From positions 1-42,188 of IMG/VR virus record IMGVR_UViG_3300006118_000017: a DNA stretch of 42,188 nucleotides; one strand, written 5' to 3'. This DNA comes from a virus. Lineage: Duplodnaviria > Caudoviricetes. The position numbers were made by a program, and so were the translations under genes. Numbering within the stretch: the first letter of the stretch is position 1; each line of letters starts with the position of its first letter. The notes under the pieces are model-generated. The model saw nothing but the letters and a program-made list of their open reading frames with translations. It ran no database searches and had not been told where the DNA came from. Of this stretch, positions 18,524-30,000 are shown in pieces.

Positions 18524-19501
18524 ATGTCCACTCCGATCTTCCTCCACGGTAAGAACACCCGTGTCTTGTTGGCTTGCCCTTCGAGCGCATACGGCACCTT
18601 CTCTGCGGTGACCACCAACGGCAGCCCGAGCATCACCGTTCTCTACACGGGCTTCGCCCTCGCTCCGGGCATGGCAGTTTCCGGTGCAGGCATCCCTGCC
18701 AACACCTACATCGTGTCGGTCTATGTGAACACGGTTCTCCTATCGGCAAGTGCTACAGCGACCTCGACCCTCAACGCACCCACCGTCGTCACCGTGCCTG
18801 TGAGCAACGGAGTGTCGTATGACCTGTCGCAGTTCCTCAACGACATTGGCATCTCCCGCATGACGGAGCCAACCGAGACGACCACTTTCCAAACCGGACA
18901 GTCGAAGTCCTACATCGCCGGTATCCGAGACGGCTCGATCACCGCATCAGGCTTCTACGACGGCGGCGCATCAGGCGTGGACGCTGTGCTGAACAACGTC
19001 ATCTACACGGCAGGCGATAAGGCTGTGCTTGCCTTCCCCGACGGTGGGCAGACGGGTAGCCCCTCGGTTTGCTACATGGCGAACGCCATCGCAACCAAGT
19101 ACGATCTGAAGTCGCCAGTCAGCGGTGTCGTCGCTATGGACACCGAGTTCCAAAGCGACCGTGGCGTATGGCGTGGGCGAGGTGAATACCTGAAGATCAC
19201 CACCTCGGGCACGACGAACACTTACGATTTCTCGACCTCGACAACAAAGGGCGGCTTGCTCGTTCTCGGCATCGCCGCTGTGACCGGTGCACCAACCTCA
19301 GTCACCCTCTCTTTCCAGCACTCCCAAGATGGAGCGTCGTGGGTCAGCCCCACCGGAGGAACCCTCGCCACCGAAACCGGACTTGGGGCGACCGTCGCCC
19401 TGCTCACCGGAACGGTGTACGAATACACACGCTTGTCTTACACCATCTCTGGTGGAAGCAGCCCGACAGCGACAGCCTTCTACGGCTTCGCCCGCTACTA
19501 A
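18524..19501 (+). CDS. Tail tube protein paralog 1 (with extra domains)
   Basis: HGKN, DLSQFLNDIG, ETTTF..KSYIAGIRDGSITASGFYD, KYDLKSPVSGVV. Confidence 0.78.
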   Translation: MSTPIFLHGKNTRVLLACPSSAYGTFSAVTTNGSPSITVLYTGFALAPGMAVSGAGIPANTYIVSVYVNTVLLSASATATSTLNAPTVVTVPVSNGVSYDLSQFLNDIGISRMTEPTETTTFQTGQSKSYIAGIRDGSITASGFYDGGASGVDAVLNNVIYTAGDKAVLAFPDGGQTGSPSVCYMANAIATKYDLKSPVSGVVAMDTEFQSDRGVWRGRGEYLKITTSGTTNTYDFSTSTTKGGLLVLGIAAVTGAPTSVTLSFQHSQDGASWVSPTGGTLATETGLGATVALLTGTVYEYTRLSYTISGGSSPTATAFYGFARY

Positions 19502-19513
19502 AGGAGCAACCAC

Positions 19514-20215
19514 ATGGCAACCCCAGTGTTCAACCACGGTAAGAACGCATTTCTCGCCCTCGGGTGGGCTTCACCGGCCTACTCGGCATACCCCGGCGTG
19601 ACCGGCCTCATCAACTCCGGTGCAACGGGCGTGACGATCTCGGGTGGGTCTATCCCTACTGAAATCTCCGGCGAAGCCCCCATCGTCAACGGTGGCTCCA
19701 TCTACGGTGCCTTCGTCGGCGGCGTGCCGGTTTACGCCTCAACTGCGCCAACCGGTTCGTCAGGAACCACCTTCCCGATCACCAACGCTGGTGCGACCGG
19801 CGTGAGTGGTCCCATCGTGCAGATGCGGAACATTTCACCGTGGATCAACGACATTGGCTTCCCGACCGCCATCGAGCCGCAGGAAACCACGACCTTCAGT
19901 GCCGCCGGTGTGAAGTCCTACATCGTGGGTCTGAAGGGCTACAGCCTGACCTTCTCTGGTATGTATGACGAGACTGCCGCCGGTATCGACCAAATGATGT
20001 ATGAGATGGAAGCCTTCCAAAACACGGCTGGTCAGTTCGTCCAGTTCGTTTATGGTCCCGCAACGCCGGGTGCGTTCGCTGGCGTGACTCCCGATATCAA
20101 GTACTACGGGCAGGGCGTTCTCGCCAAGTATGACCTGAAATCTGCGGTTGCCGGTGTCGTGACCTTCGACAGCGAAATCCAAGTGACGGGGCCAGTTTAC
20201 CGGACTACACTGTAG
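19514..20215 (+). CDS. Tail tube (major tail) protein paralog 2
   Basis: HGKN, NISPWINDIG, ETTTF..KSYIVGLKG, KYDLKSAVAGVVTFDSEIQVTG; directly precedes the chaperone; AAGGAG SD. Confidence 0.82.
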   Translation: MATPVFNHGKNAFLALGWASPAYSAYPGVTGLINSGATGVTISGGSIPTEISGEAPIVNGGSIYGAFVGGVPVYASTAPTGSSGTTFPITNAGATGVSGPIVQMRNISPWINDIGFPTAIEPQETTTFSAAGVKSYIVGLKGYSLTFSGMYDETAAGIDQMMYEMEAFQNTAGQFVQFVYGPATPGAFAGVTPDIKYYGQGVLAKYDLKSAVAGVVTFDSEIQVTGPVYRTTL

Positions 20216-20238
20216 GGACACCCTACTAAGGAGCAAGC

Positions 20239-20592
20239 ATGTCCAGCCTTTCCGATCAGATTTTTGCCGTAGACGACATTGAGTCCGAAATCCTCGAAGT
20301 CAAGGCTTGGGGAGTGACTGTCTTGGTGAAATCCATGACCGCCAAGGATCGTGCTCGCATGATCGGCAACTCGACGACGGTGACCGGTCAGTTCAACTTG
20401 GAGCAGGTGCTTCCCGACCTCGTGATTCACTGCACCTTCGACCCCGAGACGGGCGAGCGGGTGTTTTTGGAAAGCGACCGTGAAGCACTTATGGCAAAGT
20501 CGGCTTCGGCTATCGAAGAAATCGCCACGGTGGCGATGCGACTTTCAGGCATGGGAGAGGACTCTGCGGACGAAGCGGGAAAAGACTCCTAG
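20239..20592 (+). CDS. Tail assembly chaperone (gpG-like)
   Basis: VKAWGVTVLVKSMTAKDR..DPETGERVF; lies between the tube and tape measure genes. Confidence 0.88.
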   Translation: MSSLSDQIFAVDDIESEILEVKAWGVTVLVKSMTAKDRARMIGNSTTVTGQFNLEQVLPDLVIHCTFDPETGERVFLESDREALMAKSASAIEEIATVAMRLSGMGEDSADEAGKDS

Positions 20593-20768
20593 CCGACCCC
20601 GAGAGGCGTTTCCTCTTTGAGTTGGCCGAGAAGTTAGGGCGAACCGTTGATGAGTTGCTCAACGGTTCGCCTAGCCACAAACCGATCTCCGCATACGAAG
20701 TTACAGAATGGCAAGCGGTGTGGAGGCTGCGAGCCTACGAGCAGGAGCAGGCACTAAAGGGCTACTAA
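20577..20768 (+). CDS. -1 frameshift extension of the tail chaperone (gpGT)
   Basis: Slippery G-GGA-AAA at 20577-20583; -1 frame reads RLLADPERRFLFELAEKLGRTVDELL...EWQAVWRLRAYEQEQALKGY* to TAA 20768. Confidence 0.88.
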   Translation, partial: GKRLLADPERRFLFELAEKLGRTVDELLNGSPSHKPISAYEVTEWQAVWRLRAYEQEQALKGY

Positions 20769-20787
20769 CCAGAGGGGAGGGTGTGAA

Positions 20788-23700
20788 ATGGCAGAGGGAG
20801 AGGGCGGGAGCAGCACTGGCTCCGGCAGTAGCGCAGAAAACAACCTTCGTATTGCCATTCTCGGAAATGCCGACTCCTACCTCGAAGCCCTGAAGAAGGT
20901 TGAGGAAGCCTCAAAAAAGACGGGTGAAAAGGTCACCGAAACCTTTGGTCACGTCAAGGGTTTCCTGCTGAAATCCATTGGTGTCGGCGGTTTGGCACTT
21001 GGTATCGAAAAGTCCGTCGAGGACGCTACGAAACTCGTCTCGCTTCAGCGTGTTCAGGCGCAGGTTATCTCCAACCAATACAAGGGGACTTCTTCGCTGC
21101 AACAAATGAACCTCGTAGGTGCCAAGAGCCAAACCTTTTGGTATTCCAAACTGCTTGACCAGCAAGCCACCTACGAGTCGGTTCAGACCGGTATCAACAA
21201 AGATCAGGTTGTCCAGTCGCAAACCTTGCTTCTGACCAACAAAGATTTAGCCTCGATGTTCACCAAGGGTGCGAAAAACTCGCAAGGCATCAACGAAAAC
21301 TTTTCTAACGCCCTCCATGCTGCTGAAAACATGAGCGCAGTCACGGGTCAGGGGCTTGTGACCTCAGCAAAGATGCTCGGTCGTGTGCTCGCCGATCCAG
21401 CAAAGCGTATCTCCATGATGAACCGTGGTGGCGTGCAGTTGACGCAGAACGAGCAGAACTACGTCAAGCAGGTGGAAGCGGCTAACGGCAAGATGGCTGC
21501 CCGTGCTGCGGTGATTGACCTTATCAACTCCCACATTCAGGGAGCCGCTGAGGCCGCCAAGTCGCCGCTGGAACGCCTCCAAAACGACGTGATGTTGCTC
21601 ATGACCTCGTTTGGTAAAATCTTCCTCCCAATGCTCGATGCCTTTGCCAAGGTAATCGGAGACATTGTGACGCTGTTCGGACCTATCCTCAACAGCCTTC
21701 TCGGACCGATGAACATTCTGGGCGAGGAAATCGGACAAGCGTTGGGCAGCATCATGGCTGCGTTTGAGCCGTTGATTATGCTGTTCGTCAGAACTCTTTT
21801 GCCCGCCTTGCTCACTATCTTGCAACCTGTGATCGGGTTGGTTGGAGCGGTTGCGAAGCCTTTGGGAAACCTTTTCACCACGCTGTTTGGAACCGAAAAC
21901 AAAATCGGTCCGGTTGCTCAGGCGATTACCACTATGGCGACGCAGATGGCTGGTCCGATGACCTCTGCCGTGAACGCAATCGCTCCACTGTTCACGCAGT
22001 TGTTCAGCAACAAACAGACCATCGACAGCATCACAAAAATCTTTACGATACTTGCGCCCGTGCTCCCTGCGCTCGGACTTGCTTTTGCCCAACTTGCCTT
22101 AGCGATCACTCCTATCCTCATCAAAGCGACACCCCTTCTTATCGTCCTGATCCAATGGACGGCAAGGTTGGTTGCCAAGATTGCTGAAATCATCCCCAAG
22201 GTGACCGGTTTCATCAGCAGTCTTGCCAAAATCGCCCCCATCAAAGACATGATGATCATTCTCGCTACGGTGTGGTTCACGAAAAAGTTGTTCCTGACCC
22301 CCATGATGGGTGTTCTCGGGTTGCTTGGGAAGATCGGGTCTGGGGTAAAAAGCGTTTACGGCACAGCCGCCAACGGTGCTCGAACTCTCGGAGGCATCCA
22401 CAGCAAGGGACTTGGCGGAAGTTTGGAAGCCGAGGCTAAGCGTGCTGAGCAGAAGCGACTTAGGGACGCTGCATGGCACGAAAGCCGTGGCAAGTATGAA
22501 AAGGCCGAGAAACTCCTAAAGGTTGATGAGCGCAACCCCGAAGCGCACCTCTACAAGGCTGAAAGGCGGTATGCCGCTTATGCCCGTCGTGCCGAGCAGG
22601 TGGAAGCACGGGGAGGCGGCGTAAGGGGTCTGTTCAAGGCATTGTTCAACCTTGGATCAGGAACCCTGTCCAGCGAAACCATGCCAAAAGACCAGTTGGA
22701 CGCTACCAACCTGAATACCCAAGCCCTCAACACGCTGACCAATGAAATCGGCAACGCCAACGGTTTGCTCGGTGGAAACGGCGGGGGCGGCAACGACCTT
22801 GAACACAAGTTGGAAAACAAGTTGGAAAACAAACTGAAGTCCAAGTTAGAGGGCAAGGTGAAATCTGAGTTAGAAGGCAAGGTCAAGTCTGAACTCGAAC
22901 ACAAGTTGGAAGGCAAGTTGGAAGGCAAGTTGGCTGGAAAACTCGAAGGCAATGTCGGGAAGCGCCTTCTCGGAAAGGTTCTTGACCGTTTTGGCGGGCG
23001 TGCGGGTCAAATGCTCTCTCGTTTGGGTGGACTTGGCGGAGATGCCGCAGCGGCCGGAGAGGAGGGAGCCGCTGTCGCAGGTGGCGAGGCCGCCGCAGAG
23101 GGTGGAGCCGCTGTCGCAGGTGGCGAGGCCGCCGCAGAGGGTGGCATTTTGGCTGCTGGGGCCGCAAGTGGAGCGGCAACGCTTGGTATCGGACTTGCTG
23201 TTGCAGGAGTCACAGTTGCCTATATGAAGTGGCACAAGCAAATCAACAAGGCAGTCATTGGCGCTGCAAAACACCTCTACCACGCCGCACAACGAGTGGG
23301 TCACTGGGCTAGCCAAGAAGGACATCACTTGTGGAACGCCACGAAGGATGTTGCCAAGTTTGGTGGAAAAGTCTTGAGTCATGTTGGTCATGCCGTGATG
23401 GGGGCAGTGACCGGGGGGCTTCACGCAGCCGGAACCATCATGCACGGCGTTGGCTCAGCCATCGGCGGCTTCTTTGGAGGTCTGTTTGGAGGCGGCGGGG
23501 GCAGCAAGACAAGTGGCGGCGGAAGCGGCGGCATGACTCACTGGCTCATTAGGATCGCTCACCACACCTACGACACGGCAAACCTGCTTCGAGGCAAGGG
23601 TGGAGATCGTGAAATCCACCGAATGATGAACCACCCCGCCATGAAAAAGATGGCGGTTGCTCACTCGAACGAGGTCATGAAGCGGGCGATTAGCAGCCTG

Positions 23701-23940
23701 CTTGGTGGTGGGATCATTGGAAGCATCGCCGGTGCGGTGGGCGTTCATGCTGCAACCGCCAACAAGTCCATCAACCGCAACCGTGGCGGCGGGAACATGA
23801 TTATCGAAAAGGGTGCCTTCGTCATCACCGTCAATGGCGCAGTTCACCCTGACGAGCACGCAAAGGTTATCCAAAAGGTCGTCAACGACAACATGAAGGA
23901 GTTGCAGCGGGCGCTTCGAGCGTTGGGTCGTGGCATCTAA
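20788..23940 (+). CDS. Tape measure protein (1050 aa)
   Basis: Follows the chaperone; helical with periodic Pro/hydrophobic repeats; C-terminal FVITVNGA. Confidence 0.9.
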   Translation: MAEGEGGSSTGSGSSAENNLRIAILGNADSYLEALKKVEEASKKTGEKVTETFGHVKGFLLKSIGVGGLALGIEKSVEDATKLVSLQRVQAQVISNQYKGTSSLQQMNLVGAKSQTFWYSKLLDQQATYESVQTGINKDQVVQSQTLLLTNKDLASMFTKGAKNSQGINENFSNALHAAENMSAVTGQGLVTSAKMLGRVLADPAKRISMMNRGGVQLTQNEQNYVKQVEAANGKMAARAAVIDLINSHIQGAAEAAKSPLERLQNDVMLLMTSFGKIFLPMLDAFAKVIGDIVTLFGPILNSLLGPMNILGEEIGQALGSIMAAFEPLIMLFVRTLLPALLTILQPVIGLVGAVAKPLGNLFTTLFGTENKIGPVAQAITTMATQMAGPMTSAVNAIAPLFTQLFSNKQTIDSITKIFTILAPVLPALGLAFAQLALAITPILIKATPLLIVLIQWTARLVAKIAEIIPKVTGFISSLAKIAPIKDMMIILATVWFTKKLFLTPMMGVLGLLGKIGSGVKSVYGTAANGARTLGGIHSKGLGGSLEAEAKRAEQKRLRDAAWHESRGKYEKAEKLLKVDERNPEAHLYKAERRYAAYARRAEQVEARGGGVRGLFKALFNLGSGTLSSETMPKDQLDATNLNTQALNTLTNEIGNANGLLGGNGGGGNDLEHKLENKLENKLKSKLEGKVKSELEGKVKSELEHKLEGKLEGKLAGKLEGNVGKRLLGKVLDRFGGRAGQMLSRLGGLGGDAAAAGEEGAAVAGGEAAAEGGAAVAGGEAAAEGGILAAGAASGAATLGIGLAVAGVTVAYMKWHKQINKAVIGAAKHLYHAAQRVGHWASQEGHHLWNATKDVAKFGGKVLSHVGHAVMGAVTGGLHAAGTIMHGVGSAIGGFFGGLFGGGGGSKTSGGGSGGMTHWLIRIAHHTYDTANLLRGKGGDREIHRMMNHPAMKKMAVAHSNEVMKRAISSLLGGGIIGSIAGAVGVHAATANKSINRNRGGGNMIIEKGAFVITVNGAVHPDEHAKVIQKVVNDNMKELQRALRALGRGI
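23065..23142 (+). repeat. Exact 39-bp tandem duplication (GAAVAGGEAAAEG x2) in the tape measure gene
   Basis: Copies at 23065-23103 and 23104-23142. Confidence 0.9.
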
Positions 23941-24008
23941 TCAGTCGTTCGTGCTGAAATGTCGGGCAGGGATTTCTCGCAAACAGGGAGTAGAGTAGGG
24001 GTTGCGCC

Positions 24009-27000
24009 ATGAGGAACTACATCGCAAACCCGAACTACTCCGATGTGACCGACTCGCCCTATTGGAGCGTGATCGGGACAACTACGCCTGATGCAGCCCT
24101 CGCTGACGTTACGCAACTCTCCGTAGGGCTTGTCCCCGATGATGGGGTGAACTACAAGGCCGCCCATGTGGAGGACTTGTCCAAACTCCTGCTCGGTTCC
24201 ACCTCCCTGTCGGTGGCTTCGTGGGGACAGCGAGGCCCGTCATCTGCGCCACTCGGAAACACTGTGGGTGTTAGTACGGGAGACAGTGGCGACCCATTCA
24301 TCTACGTCAACGACATTACACAGGTGCAGCCGGGAAACACCGTTGCCATTTTGGAAGGCACGACGGGCAGCCATCCGATCTCGTGGACACCTGCCGTTTC
24401 CACCGATGATTTCATGAGCGAATGGCTGAAAGCCCGAAATGTTGGGCTTGTTCCCGTCGTCTCGCCTATGTCTGCATACACGACGACAGCCACCCTCCTG
24501 CCGAGCAGTGGAACGAGCCTTTCTGCCTCGCTGAAGCCGCTCTACAACTTTGACGACTACGACAACGGCGGAACTTCCGAGTATGTCCCCACGCCGGATA
24601 ATGTCGGAGCAACCAAAACTGCTGGAACGCAAATCCCATCGTTCTACATCACCACTTCTGGCGATACGCAGGCTCAGGCAAATGTGCAAACCGGTCTTGG
24701 TTTATCGGATTGGAACCCGAGCGGCTACAACGTCGTTTCCGTCGCAGTTAGCACCGCAGCGGCCACCATCGTCATCTCTGGTTCCACAACCTTCACGAAC
24801 GCCGCCGGAGCGATCAAGGGGCTGACCGGCGGGCAAATGGTGACCCTCGCCATTGAGTCAACAAACGTGGGTTGGAACGCTGGAACCATTACCGGCGTGA
24901 CCGGCTCCGGCTCGACTTGGACGATCACTACTGACTTGACTACATTCACCACCGGTGCTGGCTCAACCGGTTTGGGTGCAGTTCCCTACTATTGGACGCT
25001 TCCGGCTACGGCTATGTCGTCCACCTCAGCCGTTCCCACGACAGTTTCCGTCACGGCTACCGGTTCGACTGGATCAAATCTGATTTCAGTTTCCAGCAGC
25101 ACCACCAACCTCGCCGTCGGGCAGATGCTCACCTTCGCAAGCGGCGTAAGCCCTTTGGTCTGCGAAATCATCGGCATATCGGGAAGCCAATACATCATCA
25201 GCGGGACAGCATCGGGGACGGGAACGATCACCGGGACCGCCCAAAACGTTGTGGCTTTCACAGCCACCGTTGAGGACAACGACGCTGTGACGAAGCAGCC
25301 AGACTTCGTGCTGAAAAATGGCGTGAACATCTTTGGTTGCGAGCCGTTGATGGCTCCCTACTACGCAACTACCTATACGGACATTTACGGGATTTACACT
25401 CCCACGCTTCCAAGTGGCGTACATGTTGCCCCCGTAGGATCGCACTACGGACAAGACCTCTACTTCCCCGTTCAGTTCTCGAACTACTACAGCACTCCGG
25501 TCGCCAACTTCCAAAGCATGACCCCGACCACGATTTCTGGTTGGACACCCGTGACGGCAAACGGAAGCGCAGGCGGCAGTGCCTACACGGTGTATGTGGA
25601 CAGTGTGGCGAACATCTACCCCGGCCAAAAGTTGACGTTCCGCAGCGATTTCACACCGAATACCAATGTGATGAATGTCCAAACCACGAATGGAAGCGCA
25701 GCGGTCAATATTCAAGGCGGTTGGAATAAGCCATTCACTGCCGAGTATGACGTTTCGTATTACCAAGTTCTGCCCGGACAGCAACTTCTCGGATTGGGCG
25801 GGGTTATTGGTAGCAGTGTGCAAACTGTCGGTGCCGCCACCGAGGACGCCTTGACGATTTCACCAAACGCAGGGCAGTATCATACTTCTTCGCCCGTCCG
25901 CCTGACCACTAAGGGGAAATACCTCTACTCGTGGCAGGTTTACTCCGTAAATACGGCGAACAACTCGTTTATCATCTACAACAGCAGCCAGTCATACACC
26001 CACCAGCCCGGATCGTATCCAAACGGCGACTCCCAAAACGCCATCTACCAATACGACCCTCTGGTGACGAGTGGTGCAGTCTTTGACCTCGTGACTTCGG
26101 GCACGACCGGAGCGGGTGTCGTCGGACTGATCTCAAATGTGGTCGGCAACCACGCCACCGGAACTTTTGTCGCCGCCTACGAGGAAGGTCCTCGCTACCT
26201 CGGAACTTCGGCTACCGGAGATTTGGAAGCGATCACGCCGTCGTTCATCGGAACTCGTGTTGGCTCAGTCCTCGACCAGAACGCACCGGCGGGTTCCACC
26301 TACATCATCGTTTCACCAAACCCCACGACGGCTACGGGAACTTTTGGAGCGTCGAACTATAACGCCTACGGCAACTCTGGCAACGGCGGCTTCGTGCCTC
26401 TGGTAAACAATGGCACGACCTACACCTTTACCGGAAACTGCTACGACGGTTCTACCTCGATCACGGGCATCACTCCCACCACCGGACTTGCGGTTGGGCA
26501 GGAAATCGCTGTAGCAAGTTCGCAGGGTTCATTCCCATCGGGAACTGAAATCACGGCTATCTCGAAGAACACGCTGACCGTTTCACAAGCGTTCGTCGGT
26601 CCGACAGTCGGTCCGACAGGCGGCATCAGCGATATTCCAAACAACACCTTGACCGCTACTGCAAACTCGCTCTACACCATTGTTGTCGGGCAGGGAAGCG
26701 ATCAGGAACTTGTGGCACTTGTTCCTCCGTCAAACAGCATCAGCACATCGCTCGGACAGCCCCTTGACGGAAGCGCAAACATCAATCAACCAATGGTCTG
26801 GTATCTGGCGACTGGACAGTCGCTCCAAAACGACCACCCGGCAGGTGAAATCGTCACCACCCCGAACTTCACTTACTCCGCAGGTGGCTCGACGACCTCG
26901 CACGCTCAATACACCCCTGTTCTCGGCTCGCCAGACTTGGGCACGATCTACACGGTAAGCGGCGGCACGGACTATGTGCAGACGAACGCTCTGGTCGCTA

Positions 27001-30000
27001 GCAACAACTCAAACCAAATCGCCATCAACGCTCAGGTGACTTTGGAGGTGGACGACCCGTGGGAGGTTTCTGGCCTCGGCGGCGATCCGAACATCTCCAC
27101 CGCTTTGACCTCACCTTCGGTTGCGGGGGACACCCAAATCTCCTTCGGAGACAACGGCGGCTTCCCGACCACGCTTCCAAATGTCCTCAACGCCTCGTTC
27201 TCTTACCAGCCTCCTGCCTTGGGGCTGCTCAACGGTGCGGCGGCGGCGGGTGCGACGTATTTCACCATCAACCTGACGAGCGAGGTTCCCGCTGCCTTCC
27301 CGTTCACTGTGACGATGGGGACGGGGAGCGCAACCGTCGGCACCATGTCTCTTATTGCAACCGGTTCCACCGGAGGGACATTCATCGCCCAACTGCAAAG
27401 CACGACGATCAACGGCTTTGCTATCACGAGCGGTAGTAGCGTTGCTACGGTTGGTAGCACGGCAGGGATTTCGACGGGGCAGGTCGTCACCGGAAACGGT
27501 ATTCCAAACGGCACGACGGTTGCTTCTATCGGAGCAGGCTCGGTCACTTTCAGCGCAACGGCTTCATTGACCGCTCAGGTTGCCCTGACCTTCACGAAAA
27601 CCCTCAGCGCAAGCCACCCGGACATGACCCCGGTGATCCTGAGCACCCTTCCGGCAAATGTGGGCTACCACAAGGTCGAGGTTCCATCGTTCTACCTTTG
27701 GAAATCCGATGGCAGCGATGCTGGTTTCCACCTGACCAACCCTTCGACCAACTACACCTCGATCAACACCACACCGCTTCCCTGCGCTATTCCAGTGAAC
27801 TCTACGCTGTATCTGCGCTATGGGGCGTATGTGGACTCGTTCTACACCGCAACCGGAGCGGCGGCAGGGGCTACAGGGTTCGCTATTCAGGCTTCGTCGG
27901 GTTCTACGGCGGGCTATACCCCTTCTTCAAACTTCCCCACCTCTATCGGTAGCAGCGGCTCCCTGACGACCGTAGGGGCTGTGGTGACCGTTGGGCTGAC
28001 CTCCGACTTGGAGCCGGAGCAGGAAATCTTCCTCACCGACGGCACGAACATTGTCCCGATCACCGTTTCCGCCTACACGCCGAGCATTTCAACAAGTATC
28101 CCAACGCTCCAATACTCCACGCTTGTAGATATTGCCGCTGGGTCAACCTTCATCGCCCCTCCGAGCATCGTCATCGACAGTGGTGCGGATTTGGAGGTCG
28201 CTTATCCGCTTACTGTGCCCGCTGCGGCTGGAAGCAACTGGACGGTGCAACTCGCCGCCGGACTGACCTACAACCACAATGTCGGTGCTCCGGTTTCCTA
28301 CTACGCATGGCCTTCAAACATCCAAACCGGCATGGTGACCTATCGCCCCGACTACGGCGAGTTTGTGATGTGGGACGGCGAGCGTTGGCGGCAGGCTCGT
28401 GTGAACTATGTCCAAACCATGCTTTCGATCCTCGGAGCGGTCGGCGGGCGTGACCAGACCAACATTTCACTCTACGACGCTGCTACAGGCGTTGCCTCTA
28501 CGCCAGACACCTTCTCTAACACCCTTTCCACCGCCTTCACGGTTTACTACGGCGGTGCGAGGAACAATGATCCAAACGGCAACGAATGGACGGGCGACAC
28601 CCTCAGCGCAATCCAGTTGCAACTGAAGGTGCAGGTTCCCCAAAGCCGACAGGTCGCTTTCCGCAGCCTCGGCCTCAATGTCCAATACAAGAGCCAGCCC
28701 GTCGTCCGTCAGGTTCACTTGACCCCAGCCGACAACCTTCGCCTTGACGAGAACCAGCACACAGCGGTTTCGTGGCTCTATACCGACCTCGACAAGGACC
28801 AGCAAGCCGGTTGGGAGGTGAAAATCTTTACGGATACCACCGTCACTCGTGAGGACTTCGATCCGACCACCTCTACGCCGTTTTGGAGTGCATCGGGAGC
28901 AGATGCAAGCAGCGAGGTTTCACTTGACGCTTCGCACGGCTACACCAGCGGTATGCGCTACTGGGCGTATGTCCGAGTTGCTAAAAAGTTCCGTGGCAGC
29001 CTTTGGTATAGCGAATGGCAGTCCAACCCGTTTGTTCCAAATGTGAAGCAGCCGCAGCCGCCGCTCGTCATGGTCTATGGCGACAACAACAACGCTGTGA
29101 ACACCGTCACGATCCAATCCACCGACAACTTGCTGGCTCCCGACAACGGGGCGTTCACGAACTCGCTCGGAACATGGACGGCAACCCACAACGACTCCAT
29201 CGCTGGAATGTTGAGTAGCATCGCTACGACTTCTAAGGTAGATGAAATACTTGGCGTAGTGACTTCCATCCCCGTCGGTGCGGTTGGCTACGTCACGACA
29301 AGGGGTGCGCTTTCGGGAACGGGCACTGGAACCTTCGTTGTGTCTGGCAATACCGGTGGAGGCGCTGATGCCCTTGGCTTCCCGATCACCGGACGGTTCT
29401 GGGTCACCATTGGGACTGAGCAAATCCTCGTCACAAACAAGGTGGACGGCAACAACTCCGGCGACACTTTCCAAATCGTCACCCGTGGCTACAACGGCAC
29501 CACTCCGGCTTCTCACAACGCCGGTTCCACCGTGACTTTTGGTTTGCAGCAGCCGGTTTACACCGGTAGCAACCTCGAACTGTCCTACACGGAGAAAATC
29601 GTCAAGAACTGGACGACGACCAATACCAGTGTTCGATGGGTCGGCGGGTCGGCGGGCGTGACCCGGACAAACACGACTGCTTCATTTCACATCGTCGGCG
29701 GCTCAGGCAAGACCGCAATCATCGTGGACTCCCCCGGCATCACTCGCAACGGTTGGGACGGGCAACAAGTCACCCTTCAGTTCCCGAACGTTCTATATGT
29801 TGATGCGGTCCTTTTCGGGCTAAGCAGCCAACCAACCGTTAGCCAAACCGCAGTAATCCGCAGTGTGACCCAAATCATGACGCAGAACCCACCTCCGGTG
29901 GGGATCGCTATGACGATTTTGAGCGACTTCATTACCAAGGGTTCCTACACCGTTCGAGCGGAAGTCCCGCAGCAGAGCATCCTCGGTGTCCCCGTTTGCC

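Noticed and set aside
20708-20893. 61-aa ORF from the track between the chaperone and tape measure genes
   Set aside because: Overlaps both the frameshift extension and the tape measure start in another frame; no SD
23960-23996. TGTCGG upstream of the giant tail gene as a PafBC site
   Set aside because: The nearest TANNNT (TAGAGT 23991-23996) is about 25 nt away, not 10
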